Shown: positions 19,404 through 28,985, counted from the stretch's first letter. The stretch is DNA of 64,000 nt from an uncultured bacterium (GCA_903839725.1 CAIMDG010000001.1:235315-299314), one strand, 5' to 3'. The notes: generated from the sequence alone by a model not told the origin. Translations and numbers: made by a program.

Positions 19404-19994
19404 CTATGAACCCTGATACTTCCGCCAATATGGCAACCAATCAGACTTGAAGAGACCGAGAATGATCTCGTCCCAATATCGACCATTTACGAAACGATGA
19501 CGACGAAGTCGGCCTTCGACACGATATCCGCAGTGGAGACTATACGCCAAACTGCGTTCATTGAATGCATAGACGTGCGACACCAACTTACGGAGATTGA
19601 GATCATTGAATGCATAGTTGAGAAGTGCCATCTTGGCATCTGTCCCGAATCCTTTGCCCCAATATTCTTTTTCTCCGATGATAGCCCCTGTCGTGGCAAT
19701 GCGATGTTTCCAATCAATACGATGTAACCCAATATTACCAATTAGTTTTCCTTTGACTTCGATGCCGAGCACAATATCGGTTTGAGACCTCTTTTCCAGA
19801 GATTGAACCCAATTGCGCTCAGCACTCTCATTCAAGGGAACTGAGTTTTTGATGAACTGACGAACTTGCGGATCATTGATCCAACGAGTTAGTTGCGACA
19901 CATCATTTTCTGAAAGAGGCCTGAGAATGACTCTCTTGCCTTTCAGAAATATGACTGGCTGTTGCGGTTGAACTGCAGGCTTGTGTGTTTTCAT
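19404..19994 (-). CDS. GNAT family N-acetyltransferase (RimJ/RimL-like)
   Basis: GNAT acetyl-CoA-binding motif (EYWGKGFGTDA). Start set at MKTHKP. Confidence 0.7.
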   Translation of the reverse strand: MKTHKPAVQPQQPVIFLKGKRVILRPLSENDVSQLTRWINDPQVRQFIKNSVPLNESAERNWVQSLEKRSQTDIVLGIEVKGKLIGNIGLHRIDWKHRIATTGAIIGEKEYWGKGFGTDAKMALLNYAFNDLNLRKLVSHVYAFNERSLAYSLHCGYRVEGRLRRHRFVNGRYWDEIILGLFKSDWLPYWRKYQGS

Positions 19995-20283
19995 AGGTGT
20001 ATGTGGCTGTAATGAACTAATTATTTTGCTGGTTATATCCAGACTGTTTGAAAATATGGGAAACAAAAATCCCGACTTCCATCCAGTCGGGATTTTTCTA
20101 AAGGAGGAATTGGATTTATACCAACGTGTACATAGAAATATCACGACTAGAAGCAAGCATCTGCGTATCGGCAGACACGAGGATATAACCGGTGTTGAAT
20201 ACCGGGTTACATCTCTTATTCATGATATGAATATGTTTATTCATAGATATAATCGTACATTGGCAAGATACTTGTGTCAATAT

Positions 20284-20850
20284 CTAATATTTCCTCACGA
20301 CACCCTTCACCACCGCACCAATCTTGAGGTCATATTCTGGGTATATATTCTTGAAATTTTTGTTGGCAGGCTCCAACCACACCTTGTTTCCTGTTTTACG
20401 ATAATATTTCATCGTCCACCCACCATCCACCTCAGCAATGACGATGTCACCATCTTTTGCGACAGTAGAACGCATAGCAATAACCAAGTCACCTTCTTGG
20501 ATACCTGCATCTATCATAGATTCACCTTTGACTTCGAGCATATATGAAGTTGACTTATCACTGATCAAATAGTCATCGAGACTAATCATATCGAGATCTT
20601 GTTCTTCAGCAGTAGTCGGAATACCCGCTTCAACCAAACCAAGAAGAGGTAATTCACCGATCATGCGCAATGGAGAAAGTCGCCCACTAGAATCTTTGGT
20701 CACAATGCCCTGTTCAACCAATTTGTTGATGAGCTTGTAGACCGCATTCTTGGACTTGAAACCGAGAATCTTCATAATCTCTGAGTACGTCGGCATACGA
20801 CGATTGTCTCGGTAGAATGAAAGTATTTTGTTCTGGTGTGATGAAGGCAT
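20284..20850 (-). CDS. lexA: LexA repressor (S24 peptidase)
   Basis: N-terminal winged HTH and C-terminal S24 domain with GESM and the catalytic Ser/Lys region. Confidence 0.85.
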   Translation of the reverse strand: MPSSHQNKILSFYRDNRRMPTYSEIMKILGFKSKNAVYKLINKLVEQGIVTKDSSGRLSPLRMIGELPLLGLVEAGIPTTAEEQDLDMISLDDYLISDKSTSYMLEVKGESMIDAGIQEGDLVIAMRSTVAKDGDIVIAEVDGGWTMKYYRKTGNKVWLEPANKNFKNIYPEYDLKIGAVVKGVVRKY

Positions 20851-20858
20851 ATATACTA

Positions 20859-21058
20859 TTAAAACATGAATGTGTGCATGAAGCTAAATGATCCAAACAT
20901 AGTTCTTTGTGGTGAAAGACGCTTGAGCTGAGCAATGAGGAACTTGTGACGACGAGCTTCACGGGCATATGATATCCCACGAATGATGCGGAGGTCTATT
21001 TCTTGGTTCAACTTATCGAGTTCACGACGAATGGTTTTGATTGTTTGGTGTTTGCTCA
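20859..21058 (-). CDS. small basic protein upstream of and co-oriented with lexA
   Basis: 66-aa ORF starting MSKHQTIKTIRR. No recognised domain. Confidence 0.3.
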
Positions 21059-21094
21059 TATGTGTAGGCTTAATTACTATGTGTATAGTATAGG

Positions 21095-21110
21095 TGAACA
21101 ATCGTTCACC
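21095..21110. promoter_or_regulatory. Cheo-box type SOS operator GTGAAC-AATC-GTTCAC
   Basis: Perfect GAAC-N4-GTTC palindrome about 40 bp upstream of the small-ORF/lexA operon. It matches the Gram-positive LexA box consensus CGAACnnnnGTTCG. Confidence 0.55.
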
Positions 21111-21331
21111 TGCAAGAGGTCAGGTGTGGATAACTCAAGAATACACTTGCATTCACACATAAATGTGTTATCATGGTTCCAGTAGCTCTTCACTTTCTGC
21201 CAACTGTAGGTCATCATAATGACCGAATAACGAGGCGCAGATGCCGCGCCTACAATGCCTTCCAAGGCAAGAGAAGTTGGTGGCAATCCAAACCACCCAG
21301 CACGAAGTCGTGCGGGTGGTTTTCTCTTATA

Positions 21332-22504
21332 TTAAAACAGTACCTTCTTTATAGCTTTGATAGTCGCATCAATGTCCCCTTTCTTTGACCATCTACCAAA
21401 TGAGAAACGAACCGAGGTAAGACTATCGGCACCTATAGATTTCAAAACATACGATTCATCCTCATCGCGTAGACAAGAACTTTTTGTAGAACAAGCGATT
21501 CCTTGAACATTGAGCTGAATAACAAAAAATTCATTGTCGATACGAGGAATAGAAACGTTCACGATATGCATTCCTGCACCGTTCACTTTCACTCCTTCAC
21601 GAACTGTTTGAATCTGCTTAATAAAATATTCACGTAGTTTACCAATACGAACTACTTCTGATTCACGCTCTACCGCCGCAATAGTAAGTGCTTTCGCAAA
21701 ACCCATAATTGCAGGAATATTTTCTGTACCTGGCCTCATTCCTGCCTCCTGACCTCCGCCATGAGTAACGTTCGCGATCGGTGTATTGCGCTTGATATAG
21801 AGAGCGCCAATCCCGCGTGGACCATATATTTTACTACTATCAAGTGTAAGGAGATCCACACCGAGTTTTTCTACATTCAATTCTTCATAGAGTGGTGCTT
21901 GTGCGGCATCAGTGTGAAAAATAGGATATTGGCATAACTGGAAATTGAATGGACTTTGTTCAGCATATTGCTTACGCGCGTTACGAACAATCTTGGCAAT
22001 CTCCCGAATCGGTTGTACAGAACCAATTTCATTGTTTACTGTCATGACCGAAACAATAACAGTATTCTTTTGTATCTTATTTTTGAGATCAGCGAGATCA
22101 ACAACGCCATGAGCATCAACGGCAACAACATCAAAAGATACATCGTACTCATTCAAGAAATTTGCACATTCACGCACTGACGAATGTTCAATAGCGCTAA
22201 TGACTACATGCATCGCTTCATATGGTACACCTTGAGCGCGCAGAGCTTGAATAGTACCAATGATGGCAATGTTATTTGCTTCAGTACCCCCAGAGGTAAA
22301 TGTTATTTCATCACTATGCGCATGAATGAAATCAGCGACTATGTTACGTGCATCTTGCAATGCTTTCTTTGCAGCAACACCTTCTGAATACAAAGATGAT
22401 GGATTGGCATACTTGTCCGAAGAATACAAAGTCACCTCGCGAATAACACGAGGATCTATAGGCGTTAATGAGGCGTAATCGAGATATATTCTGCGCTTGA
22501 TCAT
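21332..22504 (-). CDS. cysteine desulfurase (class V aminotransferase, NifS/IscS-like)
   Basis: PLP-fold sequence with SGGTEANN and a C-terminal active-site Cys region. Start set at MIKRRIYLDYAS. Confidence 0.8.
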   Translation of the reverse strand: MIKRRIYLDYASLTPIDPRVIREVTLYSSDKYANPSSLYSEGVAAKKALQDARNIVADFIHAHSDEITFTSGGTEANNIAIIGTIQALRAQGVPYEAMHVVISAIEHSSVRECANFLNEYDVSFDVVAVDAHGVVDLADLKNKIQKNTVIVSVMTVNNEIGSVQPIREIAKIVRNARKQYAEQSPFNFQLCQYPIFHTDAAQAPLYEELNVEKLGVDLLTLDSSKIYGPRGIGALYIKRNTPIANVTHGGGQEAGMRPGTENIPAIMGFAKALTIAAVERESEVVRIGKLREYFIKQIQTVREGVKVNGAGMHIVNVSIPRIDNEFFVIQLNVQGIACSTKSSCLRDEDESYVLKSIGADSLTSVRFSFGRWSKKGDIDATIKAIKKVLF

Positions 22505-22539
22505 ATAAATAAAATGTAGCATTAATTGAAAGAAGAACC

Positions 22540-22648
22540 AATAGGGGCACATGTACTTATTTTCTGCACAAGTTTAGAGACATGTACATTACATCGCGTA
22601 CCTCAATGTTTACAAACTTGTGCAGAAAATAAGTACATGTGCCCCTAT
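22540..22648. repeat. hairpin module E1: 36-bp perfect inverted arms around a 38-nt loop
   Basis: aataggggcacatgtacttattttctgcacaagttt - loop - aaacttgtgcagaaaataagtacatgtgcccctatt. Confidence 0.9.
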
Positions 22649-23046
22649 TGGTTTTTGATGTGGTATATGAAAACGCCACCACTTCTGGCAAGTGGCGGCG
22701 TGGTCCAAGGTTGATTCGTCCTCGCGGACGAATTATACATCAGATAGGTTGGGTTTGATTGCCAACCTCGTTTTTGATTGAAACTCAACGTATCAATGTG
22801 CGCCAGGGCACACGCCAGAATCATCCGGAAGTGCTCATGCATGGCCGCCGTGAATTCACGGGGTCTTGCAGAATTCCAACGGAAAGAGTGATACGTTGCA
22901 CCGATGCTCTGGGTAAACCAGAGTGTGCAAGCAGCTCCTACATACAGGAGCGGAAGAACATCAGTTGTGAAGATATTCATACCTAAAAAAAGTCTATAAC
23001 AAGGAGCATGTAATTGCAAGATGATGTAATACATAGCGACTAAGAA
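22649..23046. other. GC-rich (about 50 %) non-coding core with multiple stable hairpins between modules E1 and E2
   Basis: Contains a hairpin plus T-run at about 22746..22778, a ccgtgaattcacgg palindrome and a gctcctacatacaggagc hairpin. ORFs here have no protein-like features. Confidence 0.5.
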
Positions 23047-23156
23047 AACGGGGATGTATACACACTTTTTCTGTACAAGTTTGTAAACATTGAGGTACGC
23101 TGTGTAATGTAAGTGTCTCTAAACTTGTACAGAAAAAGTGTGTATGCACCCCCGTT
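23047..23156. repeat. hairpin module E2, an inverted copy of E1 with the loop conserved and arms diverged compensatorily
   Basis: The E2 loop is the reverse complement of the E1 loop (2-3 mismatches). The arms differ from E1 at many positions but remain self-complementary. Confidence 0.9.
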
Positions 23157-23202
23157 CTCTCCAACGATTCCTCAAAACAAAAATATATCGTATACTGGTG
23201 AT

Positions 23203-23688
23203 ATGAATTTTCAAACATTACTCAACAACCCACTTCTCATTGCCGTTATCATTCTTGCGATTGTAACCGTCATACTACTTGTATTACTTATCCTCATTCA
23301 TCTGAAACTCAAAAGATTTCTCGTCGGCGTTGATGCGCAACATATCGGAGATTCACTCGTAAATGTGTCTTCTGATGTTCGTGAATTGCAAGAATTCAGA
23401 ACTGAGCTCGAAAAGTATCTCACAGAGGTAGAACGTCGACTTAAAAAGAGTATTCAATCAGTGCACACAGTTCGTTTCAATCCATTCAAAGGTACTGGTG
23501 GTGGAGGCAATCAAAGCTTTGCTACCGCGTTTATCAACGAAGAAGGTGATGGTGTTGTTGTATCGAGTCTCTATTCTCGTGATCATGTAAGTGTATTTTC
23601 AAAGCCAGTCAAGAAACATGCTTCTGAATACGAATTGTCAGATGAAGAACGTGAAGTATTGGATGGTGCAAAGAAAGGATTGAAATAA
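23203..23688 (+). CDS. membrane protein, DUF4446-like
   Basis: N-terminal TM helix then VRFNPFKGTGGGGNQSFATAFINEEGDGVVVSSLYSRD, resembling DUF4446. From memory. Confidence 0.45.
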   Translation: MNFQTLLNNPLLIAVIILAIVTVILLVLLILIHLKLKRFLVGVDAQHIGDSLVNVSSDVRELQEFRTELEKYLTEVERRLKKSIQSVHTVRFNPFKGTGGGGNQSFATAFINEEGDGVVVSSLYSRDHVSVFSKPVKKHASEYELSDEEREVLDGAKKGLK

Positions 23689-23756
23689 ATATTATAGATT
23701 TGGCAACAAAAAAGAGGGTACTTAGTTCCCCTCTCGTGTTTCGAGTAACTACTGAA

Positions 23757-24104
23757 TTACGACAATTCTTCAAAAAAATTCGCGAGCAAACTTACTGGTT
23801 TCTGCTTATGTGCATTGCGAGGTATCTTCACGGGCACAGCCGGACATGTGATCGAGCTGGTCATGGGGACTTTCTGCAGAACACCAAATTCATTCTTGAG
23901 CCGATTAATGAATGAGCGAATCTTGTAGATGTCGCGCTCTTCGGTATCCTTGAATTCAATCGAAGGTTGCTTGCTAAACGAGTATCCAAAACTGATATTG
24001 ACGCGCTGCGACAAGCGAAACGATCGACGAAGGACCATTTCCCGGATTTGTTCAGCAATCTGTTTACCACGACGTTGACCGAAGCCGACGACAAGAATCT
24101 TCAT
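23757..24104 (-). CDS. hypothetical protein
   Basis: ORF of 115 aa starting MKILVVGFG. No assignable domain. Confidence 0.3.
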   Translation of the reverse strand: MKILVVGFGQRRGKQIAEQIREMVLRRSFRLSQRVNISFGYSFSKQPSIEFKDTEERDIYKIRSFINRLKNEFGVLQKVPMTSSITCPAVPVKIPRNAHKQKPVSLLANFFEELS

Positions 24105-24211
24105 AAATTTTATGTGTATGTTGTAGGTGAACTGCGTTGTTTAGTTAAAAATTACTATCTAAATAGTGAATTGTCAATAATAGCCTTTTCTGGTATGATG
24201 AATTTTCTATT

Positions 24212-25786
24212 ATGCCTAACAAAGATCAGCACAACCTGATTAGCCAGCCTGCGCGTGCAGGTCGCCCTCCTGTGGTTGTTATCATGGGTCACATTGACCA
24301 TGGTAAATCTACCCTTCTTGACTATGTACGCAAATCACACATCGTTGATGGTGAAGCAGGCGGTATCACACAACACGTTGGCGCGTATCAAGCAGAGCAT
24401 GTTGGAGCTGAAGGAAAAAAACATCTCATTACATTCTTGGATACACCCGGTCACGCAGCATTTTGTTCTATCCGTGAACGTGGTGCGCACGCAGCTGATG
24501 TGGCTATTCTCGTCGTATCAGCAGAAGATGGTGTCAAACCTCAAACTATCGAAGCGTACAAAAATATTAAAGCTGAGAAAATTCCCTACATTGTTGCTAT
24601 CAACAAGATCGACAAGCCAAACGCTGACATAGATCGCACAAAACAAAGTCTTGGTGAAAATGAAATATATGTTGAAGGTTGGGGTGGCGATATTCCCTGC
24701 GTTCCTATTTCTGCCTTGAATGGAACAGGTGTTTCAGAACTTCTCGATATGGTTATGCTTGTCGCAGAACTTGCTGACCTTTCTACTGATGCAAATGCAT
24801 CTGCATGTGGTTCGATCATCGAATCAGAACTTGATACACGCAAAGGTATTTCAGCAACACTTCTTATTAAGGATGGTACGTTAACCACAGGAACGGTAGT
24901 TGTTGCCGGTGGAGCATATGCACCAGTAAGATTTATTGAAAATTTCAAAGGTGAAAAGATTACTTCAGGTATTGCTTCAATGCCAGTTCGTATTCTCGGT
25001 TGGAATACTATACCTGCATGTGGAACAGACTTCATAACCGTAAAGACAAAGAAAGAGGCTGAGAAGATGGTTAGTGAATTTGAGGCTGAAGCTCGTCGCT
25101 CATCTTCAAAGACAGCTATCAATGTATCTGCGAAGAAGACTGAACAAGTTGGAGATGACAAGACTCCTCAGATTGTTATTATTCCTTTTGTTATCAAAAC
25201 TGACGTGATCGGTTCTCTCGAAGGTATCAAACATGAGCTCGCAAAAATCAAACAGGACAAAGTTGTCATCAAAATAGTTTCTGAAGGTATTGGCGAAATC
25301 AATGAAAATGATGTGAAGATTGCTGCTGGTGATCCAAACCTGATGCTTATTGGTTTCAATGCTGCACCTGACAAAAAAGCCGCAACTATGATCGAACGTT
25401 CTCCTACACCAATCCAGATCAAAAATTTCTCAATTATCTATGAGTTAACGAACTTTATTCAAGAACTTGTTACTTCAAAAATTCCAAAGGAATATATCGA
25501 AGAAGTCACTGGTCGTGCAAAAATCATGGCAGTATTCTCAAAGGACAAAGATAAACAAGTCGTTGGGGGTAAAGTTGAGACAGGTACGATTGAAATAGGT
25601 AGCGATGTCCGTATCATGCGTCGTGAGACCGAGATAGGTCGCGGAAGAATCCGTGAATTACAACAGCAAAAAAAGAAAGCTTCTGAAGTTCGTGAAGGAT
25701 ATGAATTTGGTACGCTCATTGATGCCAAGATTGAAATCGCGCCAGGAGATAGAGTTGAAGCCGTAAAAACAGTAGAGAAGAAATAA
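24212..25786 (+). CDS. infB: translation initiation factor IF-2, lacking the long N-terminal region
   Basis: G domain starts 20 aa from the N-terminus (GHIDHGKSTLLD, DTPGH, NKID). C-terminal domains are present. 524 aa. Confidence 0.9.
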   Translation: MPNKDQHNLISQPARAGRPPVVVIMGHIDHGKSTLLDYVRKSHIVDGEAGGITQHVGAYQAEHVGAEGKKHLITFLDTPGHAAFCSIRERGAHAADVAILVVSAEDGVKPQTIEAYKNIKAEKIPYIVAINKIDKPNADIDRTKQSLGENEIYVEGWGGDIPCVPISALNGTGVSELLDMVMLVAELADLSTDANASACGSIIESELDTRKGISATLLIKDGTLTTGTVVVAGGAYAPVRFIENFKGEKITSGIASMPVRILGWNTIPACGTDFITVKTKKEAEKMVSEFEAEARRSSSKTAINVSAKKTEQVGDDKTPQIVIIPFVIKTDVIGSLEGIKHELAKIKQDKVVIKIVSEGIGEINENDVKIAAGDPNLMLIGFNAAPDKKAATMIERSPTPIQIKNFSIIYELTNFIQELVTSKIPKEYIEEVTGRAKIMAVFSKDKDKQVVGGKVETGTIEIGSDVRIMRRETEIGRGRIRELQQQKKKASEVREGYEFGTLIDAKIEIAPGDRVEAVKTVEKK

Positions 25787-25791
25787 ACTAT

Positions 25792-26115
25792 ATGAATCAA
25801 AAAGATGAAAAAATAAAAGAGATTATCCGTGAATTGGCAGCCACATATTTTTCGCGTGAATCAAATCGCCAATCACTCATCACTATTACCGATGTTGAAA
25901 TGCATAGTTGGGGTAGTAGAGCGGTGATACTCATGACGGTCCTACCTGAAGAAAAATCTCAGATCGCTCTTGAATTTGCACATCGTCAGCTCAATGACTT
26001 CCGTCAATACGTAAAAGATAATTCACGTCTCGGTAGAATCCCCTTCTTTGATGTTCAAATAGACATCGGCGAGAAGAATCGTCAAAAGATAGACGACTTA
26101 TCAAGAAATGTGTAG
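25792..26115 (+). CDS. rbfA: ribosome-binding factor A
   Basis: RbfA KH-like fold sequence. Position after infB is conserved synteny. Confidence 0.85.
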   Translation: MNQKDEKIKEIIRELAATYFSRESNRQSLITITDVEMHSWGSRAVILMTVLPEEKSQIALEFAHRQLNDFRQYVKDNSRLGRIPFFDVQIDIGEKNRQKIDDLSRNV

Positions 26116-26199
26116 TATAATCGTAAATATTAAAAATTAAATCTCAAATCTAGCCTCTTATATTTGAGATTTAAGATTTGATATTTGAGATTGCTCTAG

Positions 26200-26271
26200 G
26201 GCCACGTAGAAAAGTGGTAATTCGGAAGTCTGCAAAACTTCTATGCGCGAGTTCGATTCTCGCCGTGGCCT
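26200..26271 (+). tRNA. tRNA-Cys (GCA)
   Basis: Manual fold: acceptor ggccacg/cgtggcc, anticodon loop ctGCAaa, T-arm gcgag-ttcgatt-ctcgc. Confidence 0.8.
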
Positions 26272-26355
26272 CAAATCAGTAGAAAAAATTGGAATATAGA
26301 TTTATAAAAATCTGTATTTTTTAGTATCTGCAATTATTCATCTAACATAATATTA

Positions 26356-26877
26356 ATGCGAAAAAGAAGTTGGACAAAAGAAGATCTCGTAAAAGCGGTA
26401 ATAGAATCGAAGAGCGTGAGACAGACTATATCAAGGCTAAACCTTGTTGAAGCTGGTGGCAATTATAATCAAGTTAAGAAGTATATTAAATTATACAACT
26501 TAGATACATCACATTTTACTGGCTACACATGGAACAAAGGTATGTGTGGACGATATATGCCACTTATACCACTATCAAACATCTTAATAAGACATAGTGA
26601 ATTTCAAAGTTATAAACTTAAGAAACGTCTCTTCATCGAAAAAATCAAAACTCCCCAATGTGAAAACTGCGGTTGGGCAAAGAAATCAGAAGATGGTAGA
26701 ATCCCTCTTGAGCTTGACCATATCAATGGAGACAAGTACGATAATCGTATTGAGAACCTACGGGTTCTTTGTCCAAATTGTCATAGCTTACAACCTACAC
26801 ATCGAGGTAGAAATAAACACAAACGCCCGGGTGGTGAAATTGGTAAACACGTAACACTTAAAATGTTATCTTCGTAA
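26356..26877 (+). CDS. HNH endonuclease, homing-endonuclease-like freestanding type
   Basis: N-terminal SWTKEDLVKAV...GGNYNQVKKYI...DTSHF module and C-terminal HNH (LELDHINGDKYDNRIENLRVLCPNCH). The last ~53 nt of the ORF overlap tRNA-Leu. Confidence 0.8.
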   Translation: MRKRSWTKEDLVKAVIESKSVRQTISRLNLVEAGGNYNQVKKYIKLYNLDTSHFTGYTWNKGMCGRYMPLIPLSNILIRHSEFQSYKLKKRLFIEKIKTPQCENCGWAKKSEDGRIPLELDHINGDKYDNRIENLRVLCPNCHSLQPTHRGRNKHKRPGGEIGKHVTLKMLSS

Positions 26878-26908
26878 GGAGTTGTGGGTTCGATTCCCAC
26901 CCCGGGCA
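26825..26908 (+). tRNA. tRNA-Leu (TAA), type II with long variable arm
   Basis: Acceptor gcccggg/cccgggc, anticodon loop ctTAAaa, long variable arm, T-arm gtggg-ttcgatt-cccac. Confidence 0.8.
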
Positions 26909-26976
26909 CTCTGAATTTCATATATATTGTGAATATCTTTATAAACATTCCATTCTAAATTTGATATAATTTTTAT

Positions 26977-27213
26977 ATGAATAAAAAATCTTGTGAAAGT
27001 TGCTCTATGCCTTTTTCAAAAGATGTGGGCATGCGAGAGTCAGATCGATATTGTAGTCACTGTTTTAATCATGGCAAACTATGTTATGAAGGTAATGATT
27101 TGAAAGAGTTTCAAAGAGCATGTTACGAAAATATGGTCAAAGGAGGAATGAATACATGGAAAGCAAGATTATTTACTTTTCTGATTCGTTTTGCACCTCG
27201 TTGGAAGAAATAG
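26977..27213 (+). CDS. zinc-ribbon domain protein
   Basis: CESC ... CSHC pairs. 78 aa. Confidence 0.5.
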   Translation: MNKKSCESCSMPFSKDVGMRESDRYCSHCFNHGKLCYEGNDLKEFQRACYENMVKGGMNTWKARLFTFLIRFAPRWKK

Positions 27214-27651
27214 AAGAGGGTCAGGAGTTTCCTCCTGACCCAATCGACAGTTAAGTGGCCAATCCACTCATGTTTTTACGAGACTTTGTCCAGTTCTCAC
27301 CGGTTTTAGATGCAACTCATTTTCGATTACTGGTGTAACCGATCTCGAGGGGGTCATTCGGCTATTTTGGGTTGTCTGTCGGACAACACGTCTTATGGCC
27401 AACATAATTCTTCATAAATGACTACTGCCATAGTCATGTAATACGTCCAGAAGAATACTTGTGCCTGCGTCTTCCCCCGCCTGTTCCTGAGGGTTATCAT
27501 CTAACCCAAATCTAGATGTAATTATACACATAGCTACTATTTTTGCAATTACTTTTTAAGCGTCATATATGCATATACTCCTCAATTGACATTTCCTACA
27601 AAAGGAATAGATTTTAGGTAGCACACATGTGCTCATTGAAAAAGGAATCTT

Positions 27652-28215
27652 ATGTTTACACTCAAAGTCGGTGACTGGGTTATTCCCACAGCAGGACTCT
27701 TACCTATCGATTCGGAACAGCAACACAGGACGAAAGAACGGCGTAGTATCACTACGACGGAGCCGCTGCAGATCGAGTCAATTCCAGTCACGAAAAAAGA
27801 CGAAGAACAGTTAAAATTTCAGGGCATCAGAGGTCAGTTTTTGGCTTGCTTTTTCCAGCCGGTAAACAAGACTGCGATCACTATGCAGGGTAATGATCAA
27901 GGAAAACAAAATATCCTGTCACTTATCAAGGCGCATGGGGTGCAGAAAAAATCACCGACAATAGAAGTTGAGGTTGTGGTGAATGGCCGAACCTTTACAT
28001 TGTTAGGTTCGAAAGAACAAATAGTGGACATGGGCCTGACGTCGGTTGTATTGCTCTCCCCTGAAAGCACTCCAGATAATTTTATTTCTGCGACAACGGC
28101 CCCCAAGGAATTCGAGCTGGCGTTAGGTAAACTCGTCACTGGCGGCACTAAATTTTATACAGTGCTCCAGTCATCATGGGCTTTACCGGCGTTCATATGG
28201 GAGATTTGCCCATAA
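27652..28215 (+). CDS. hypothetical protein
   Basis: 187-aa ORF in a locally GC-elevated segment. No recognised domain. Confidence 0.4.
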   Translation: MFTLKVGDWVIPTAGLLPIDSEQQHRTKERRSITTTEPLQIESIPVTKKDEEQLKFQGIRGQFLACFFQPVNKTAITMQGNDQGKQNILSLIKAHGVQKKSPTIEVEVVVNGRTFTLLGSKEQIVDMGLTSVVLLSPESTPDNFISATTAPKEFELALGKLVTGGTKFYTVLQSSWALPAFIWEICP

Positions 28216-28394
28216 CGCCGAGGTCGTGATAGACTGCGTTTTCGACCAAATCCCTTTGTGATAAAACAGGACCATGGCATGAATCAGTTGGTAGTTGCAT
28301 AGAAGTAATGGCCTGAGAAACCATTACGTCACAAACAAGGTTTGGTAAGGAGTCCAGCGGGAGATTGATTTCCATCAATCTTCCGCTTTCTTAT

Positions 28395-28985
28395 TTATTT
28401 AAAGAAACTTTTTCGATGAATAGGAAGCTGTCCGTATTTTTTTATTGAAGCATAATGCCTTTTTGTTCCATACCCTTTATGTAGTTCAAAACCATATTCT
28501 GGATGTTTCTTACTAAGTGAATTCATTTTCCTATCGCGTAATACTTTTGCACAGATTGAAGCGAGTGCAATAACCATCTCTTTTTCATCTCCCTTAATAA
28601 TTGTCTTTTGGTTAATATATTCCACAGGTGCTTTGAGACCACCGTCGAGTAATACTTTTGCTTGAATAGGTCGAATTCCTAAACCATTCAATGATGTACA
28701 TAATGCTTTTTTTATCGCGTACGACAATCCTTTTACATCAATGATCTTTTCACTTTGAAATGTAACGTGAAAATCGACAAGGCCTACCCTTGTCGCTTCT
28801 TGAATAATCTTAAACCATTTCCCTCTTTGTTCTTCAGATAATTGTTTTGATTCCTTGACGCCACGAAACAATTTCTTCGCTTCAGGTTTCAAAAATACAA
28901 AAGCACCAACAGCAACTGGTCCTGCAATAGGGCCACGGCCAACTTCATCAATACCAATCGTATATCTAGGTTTATTCTGTAACAT
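28395..28985 (-). CDS. rnhB: ribonuclease HII
   Basis: GIDEVGRGPIAGPVAVGA catalytic motif. Confidence 0.9.
   Translation of the reverse strand: MLQNKPRYTIGIDEVGRGPIAGPVAVGAFVFLKPEAKKLFRGVKESKQLSEEQRGKWFKIIQEATRVGLVDFHVTFQSEKIIDVKGLSYAIKKALCTSLNGLGIRPIQAKVLLDGGLKAPVEYINQKTIIKGDEKEMVIALASICAKVLRDRKMNSLSKKHPEYGFELHKGYGTKRHYASIKKYGQLPIHRKSFFK

Noticed and set aside
22645-23034. 129-aa ORF in the core between hairpin modules E1 and E2
   Set aside because: Both strands are open through GC-rich hairpins. There are no recognisable protein features and no plausible start context.
22540-23156. tmRNA or RNase P RNA in the hairpin-bounded core
   Set aside because: Neither the tRNA-like T-arm motif (GGTTCGAnTCC plus ACCA) nor the RNase P P4 motifs (GGAAAGTCCGGGC / ACAGAAnnCGGCTTA) are present on either strand.
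24586-25800. Minus-strand ORFs 24586..25161, 25168..25422 and 25459..25800 inside infB
   Set aside because: They are antisense to IF-2 with a Ser-rich low-complexity translation.
26120-26195. atctcaaatct / agatttgagat inverted and direct repeats between rbfA and tRNA-Cys
   Set aside because: Short AT-rich repeats in a promoter or terminator spacer. There is no evidence of a distinct element, and they are plausibly the rbfA terminator and tRNA promoter.
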